A stretch of DNA of 64,000 bases from an uncultured Gammaproteobacteria bacterium (GTDB lineage Bacteria > Pseudomonadota > Gammaproteobacteria > JAGOUU01), in contig CAXBNV010000002.1 of assembly GCA_963977185.1 (NCBI GenBank), forward strand, positions 5,572 to 69,571, read 5' to 3'. Below the pieces are notes generated by a model. The model had not been told where the DNA came from, did not search any database, and saw nothing but the letters and a program-made list of their open reading frames with translations. The position numbers and the translations under genes are program-made. Position 1 is the first letter of the stretch, and each line of letters begins with the position of its first letter. Positions 60,840 through 64,000 of this stretch are shown piece by piece.

Positions 60840-62450
60840 ATGCGTAATGTCTTTTACTTATTATCAATCATTCTTTTACCTTGTATAACAGCTCTAACTT
60901 ATGTATGGCATGACTTTATATTTATATTTTTAATTTTTTGGGGATTATTTGTGATTGGAATGTATAATATATTCCAAAAAAGACGAACTATTTTAAGAAA
61001 CTTCCCTCTTCTTGCTTATTTTAGATATTTTGCAGAGCTAATAAGACCAGAAGTTTATCAGTATTTCATTGAATCTAATGAAAATGGTAAGCCTATTTCT
61101 CGTGAAGATAGATCAGTAGTATATCAAAGAGCCAAAAAAACATTAGACACTCTTCCTTGGGGCACAAAAAAAGATATATATGCTAATGATTATCAATGGC
61201 TTGCACATTCTTTAAGAGCTAAAACACTAGACAATCATGATTTAAGAATAATCATAGGTAATGAACAATGCGAACAGCCATATAACGCTTCTATTTTGAA
61301 TATTTCTGCTATGAGTTTTGGCGCATTAAGCCAAGAAGCTGTCATGGCTATGAACTGGGGAGCCAAAATTGGTAATTTTATGCAAAATACTGGAGAAGGA
61401 GGCGTTACAGAGTATCATTTTAAACATGGTGGAGATTTAACTTGGCAAATAGGAACTGCCTATTTTGGCACAAGAACTATTGATGGAAACTTTGATCCTA
61501 ATATTTTCAAAGAAAAATCTAGGCATCCGAGTATCAAAATGATAGAAATAAAGCTATCTCAAGGAGCAAAACCTGGACACGGTGGAATTTTACCAGCAGA
61601 TAAATTAACTGAAGAAATAGCGGCAATACGAGGCGTTCCTCTTGGTCAAGATGTATTATCTCCTCCTGCACATTCAGCCTTCAGTACGCCTATAGAATTA
61701 TTAGAATATATTCAGCTATTAAGAAACCTATCTGGTGGTAAGCCTATAGGATTCAAACTATGCCTTGGCATGCGCAGTGATTTTTTTGCTATATGCAAAG
61801 CAATGTTAAAAACCAATATATACCCTGATTTTATAACTTTAGATGGTGGTGAAGGAGGAACAGGAGCTGCACCAATTGAATTTTCAAATTTTGTTGGAAC
61901 ACCATTAAATTATGCTATTCCTTTTGTATACTCAACTTTAGTGGGTTTAAATTTAAAAAAACATATAAAAATTATTGCATCCGGTAAAATAACTACTGCT
62001 TTTGACGTAGTTTCTAAAATTGCTCTAGGGGCAGACTTATGTAACTCCGCAAGAGGTATGATGCTTGCCACAGGATGTATTATGTCATTACAATGTAATA
62101 ATAATAAATGTCCAACCGGCGTTACATCACAAAACCCTAAATATAGATATGGTTTAGTTGTAAAAGAAAAATATATGAAAGTAACAAATTATCATATTGG
62201 AACAATGAAAACTGTTGCCGAATTAATAGGGGCAGCAGGACTTGATTCTACAGAAGAATTAACACCACATCATATTCATTATAGAATGAATGAAGTAAAT
62301 CATACAACGTATGATGAACATCATTATTATTTTAAACCTGGTGAATTACTAGAATTAGATAAAAGTGATTTGATTCCAAAAAATTGTCCATCTTCTGTGA
62401 CCTCTTTACTAAAATTATGGAAAGAATCTATGGCCGAAAGATTTATTTAG
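60840..62450 (+). CDS. FMN-binding glutamate-synthase-domain family protein (GltS central domain, stand-alone)
   Basis: 536-aa protein with N-terminal TM helices. It has the GltS FMN-domain motifs LSQGAKPGHGGILPADKLTEEIAAIRGVP and LDGGEGGTGAAP. Confidence 0.7.
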   Translation: MRNVFYLLSIILLPCITALTYVWHDFIFIFLIFWGLFVIGMYNIFQKRRTILRNFPLLAYFRYFAELIRPEVYQYFIESNENGKPISREDRSVVYQRAKKTLDTLPWGTKKDIYANDYQWLAHSLRAKTLDNHDLRIIIGNEQCEQPYNASILNISAMSFGALSQEAVMAMNWGAKIGNFMQNTGEGGVTEYHFKHGGDLTWQIGTAYFGTRTIDGNFDPNIFKEKSRHPSIKMIEIKLSQGAKPGHGGILPADKLTEEIAAIRGVPLGQDVLSPPAHSAFSTPIELLEYIQLLRNLSGGKPIGFKLCLGMRSDFFAICKAMLKTNIYPDFITLDGGEGGTGAAPIEFSNFVGTPLNYAIPFVYSTLVGLNLKKHIKIIASGKITTAFDVVSKIALGADLCNSARGMMLATGCIMSLQCNNNKCPTGVTSQNPKYRYGLVVKEKYMKVTNYHIGTMKTVAELIGAAGLDSTEELTPHHIHYRMNEVNHTTYDEHHYYFKPGELLELDKSDLIPKNCPSSVTSLLKLWKESMAERFI

Positions 62451-62513
62451 TTTTAATGAAAAATATTTTAATATGCATTAGGTCAAAATGATTTCAATAG
62501 ATATAATATATTT

Positions 62514-63344
62514 ATGAAATATAATGCTGAAACTACAATTACGATAGAAGAAATACTATCAATGGCTCAACATGCCTACTATTCTAAAGATTACGAATAT
62601 CAAAGATTTCATCAAAATAAATGCTTAAGTATCTTAAAAAAACAAAATAACATTGCTATTTTGTCATTTAAAGGTTTAACTTCAGTAGTAGATTTAAATT
62701 CAAGCTTAAAAGTTCGAAAAAAAATTTTAAAAAATCATAATTTCAAAATAAGAACAAATGCTTTACCAAAGCAGCATTTAATTAAACATCTACTGGAATG
62801 CAATTATATAGATTTAAATTATATCGTATTGACAGGACATTCTCTTGGTGGACGTTATGCTCAAATTGCGGAACAATATTTTTGTTATTTAAAAGATGAT
62901 AAAATACCTGAATCATATAAAATTATAAATATCCAAAAATATCTAAAAAGAATATATTCAAAATTACATAAAAAAGATATAGAAAGCTTATCTCAGAAGT
63001 TTTTTATTATCATTCAACGAATAATTAATTGCTATTGTATTTCTTTTAACACTGCACCATTACACCAAAATGAAAAAAAATATTCACATACTAACTATAT
63101 TGATATTTACCACGAAAATGATTATGTAAGAAAAAAATATGAAGCACTAGATTGCGTACCAATTAACCATATAATTATAAAAATTCCCAACCATAAAAAA
63201 ATGCAAAACAGAACATCTAAAATTAAAAGTTTTTTAAACTCAATTGATGCCCATAAATTAAATTATGTTGAAAAGTCCATGGCCAAAGAAAAATTACTGC
63301 AGAAAAAAATTAATTTAAATGAAAGCAACCTTACTTTTATATAA
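62514..63344 (+). CDS. Hypothetical alpha/beta-hydrolase with a class-3 lipase-like GHSLGG nucleophile motif
   Basis: 276-aa protein. The motif VLTGHSLGGRYAQ follows a predicted beta strand (YIVLTG). It has no signal peptide and no other recognised homology. Confidence 0.5.
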   Translation: MKYNAETTITIEEILSMAQHAYYSKDYEYQRFHQNKCLSILKKQNNIAILSFKGLTSVVDLNSSLKVRKKILKNHNFKIRTNALPKQHLIKHLLECNYIDLNYIVLTGHSLGGRYAQIAEQYFCYLKDDKIPESYKIINIQKYLKRIYSKLHKKDIESLSQKFFIIIQRIINCYCISFNTAPLHQNEKKYSHTNYIDIYHENDYVRKKYEALDCVPINHIIIKIPNHKKMQNRTSKIKSFLNSIDAHKLNYVEKSMAKEKLLQKKINLNESNLTFI

Positions 63345-63395
63345 AAATTATAATTATCTCTACCTTTATCTATCAAATAACACTACTTTTTAGTT

Positions 63396-63824
63396 TTAAT
63401 GCCTAACAGTAATCTCTGTTCCAGTTGGCGCAAAACTATAAATCCACCTAGCATCATTTAACCCCATTCTGACACAACCATGGCTTGCATGATATCTTGG
63501 TACATATCTATGACCATGTATCGCATAACCTTTATAAAAAAATTGACAATATGGCATATGCGCCCCGCCTGTTGGTCTTGGATATTTAGATGAAAAACAA
63601 TTATAACCTTTTTTGCTTTGTATTCTAAAATTACCTGTTACTGTTCTTCGACCTTTAGATCCGCCTGAAATGAGGCCAGATCTCACTAATTTACCATTAT
63701 TATAAGCATAAAATCTATGATCTGATAAGTCGACTACGATTCTTTTTTTTGCATAACCATAAGAACTAAACCCAAAAGCTATAAATGCCGTAATAAATAC
63801 AGTTAATTTTTTATAAAACATCAA
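63396..63824 (-). CDS. L,D-transpeptidase (YkuD domain) with signal peptide
   Basis: 142-aa protein with the catalytic motif HGHRYVPRYHASHGCVRM. Confidence 0.8.
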   Translation of the reverse strand: MMFYKKLTVFITAFIAFGFSSYGYAKKRIVVDLSDHRFYAYNNGKLVRSGLISGGSKGRRTVTGNFRIQSKKGYNCFSSKYPRPTGGAHMPYCQFFYKGYAIHGHRYVPRYHASHGCVRMGLNDARWIYSFAPTGTEITVRH

Positions 63825-63937
63825 ACCACCTTTATTTATTTTTTTAATTTACGTAACCTATTTGATGATTTAGAATTAAATAAGTTTATAAAATAATAAA
63901 ATTAATTTAACTATAAAATAATAGATATGGATTATTT

Positions 63938-64000
63938 ATGCCAATAGAACAATCAGGAAATATAGAAACTATTCTTAGCATCCTATTGATAGCATTGATA
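63938..64000 (+). CDS. 5' end of an ORF running off the right edge (function unknown)
   Basis: An ATG at 63938 opens a frame encoding MPIEQSGNIETILSILLIALI…, which is hydrophobic. Only 21 codons are visible. Confidence 0.25.
   Translation, partial: MPIEQSGNIETILSILLIALI

Noticed and set aside
1-64000. CRISPR arrays, tRNA/rRNA genes, IS elements, integrases or prophage genes
   Set aside because: I scanned the larger intergenic regions (10184-10435, 17150-17589, 25042-25321, 26315-26534, 28395-28626, 48620-48876, 49819-50171, 53382-53617). I found no spaced direct repeats, no GC-rich cloverleaf-like segments, and no transposase or integrase-like ORFs. I saw only isolated hairpins.

Overview
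The window is extremely AT-rich (roughly 25-30% GC by eye) and densely coding. The proteome is rich in N, K and I, which fits a genome-reduced, probably host-associated gamma-proteobacterium. I found no rRNA, tRNA or CRISPR genes and no transposase or integrase genes.

The backbone is a series of housekeeping blocks whose gene order matches enterobacterial and other gamma-proteobacterial gene order:
- fliO-fliP-fliQ-fliR-flhB-flhA, running off the left edge
- metK
- gshB and apbE
- metNIQ
- rsmI, divergent from lpoA-yraN-diaA-dolP
- sohB and zapE
- accD-folC-dedD-cvpA
- prfC-rimI-(holD)
- lpd-aceF-aceE and ampD
- putA, recQ, tsaB, yciA, an M23 peptidase and an L,D-transpeptidase

Between these blocks sit genes with no recognisable housekeeping role:
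- a 1033-aa protein with an internal Nudix-like box
- a protein whose N-terminus (MGSNTGKSRKK) resembles a eukaryotic N-myristoylation plus polybasic membrane-targeting signal
- several large soluble hypothetical proteins
- a secreted subtilisin-family protease followed by two tandem paralogous membrane-hairpin proteins and a Cys-rich secreted protein
- a tandemly duplicated pair of small secreted Cys-containing proteins that carry duplicated promoters
- a class-3 lipase-like GHSLGG protein

The most system-like oddity is the flagellar-type type III export-gate operon. It has no fliL, fliM or fliN genes upstream, and its FlhB lacks the entire C-terminal autocleaving (NPTH) domain. This suggests a stripped-down or repurposed export apparatus.

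Several housekeeping genes (aceF, folC, fliP and secreted paralog A) carry short in-frame tandem DNA repeats, which fits slippage-prone AT-rich DNA.
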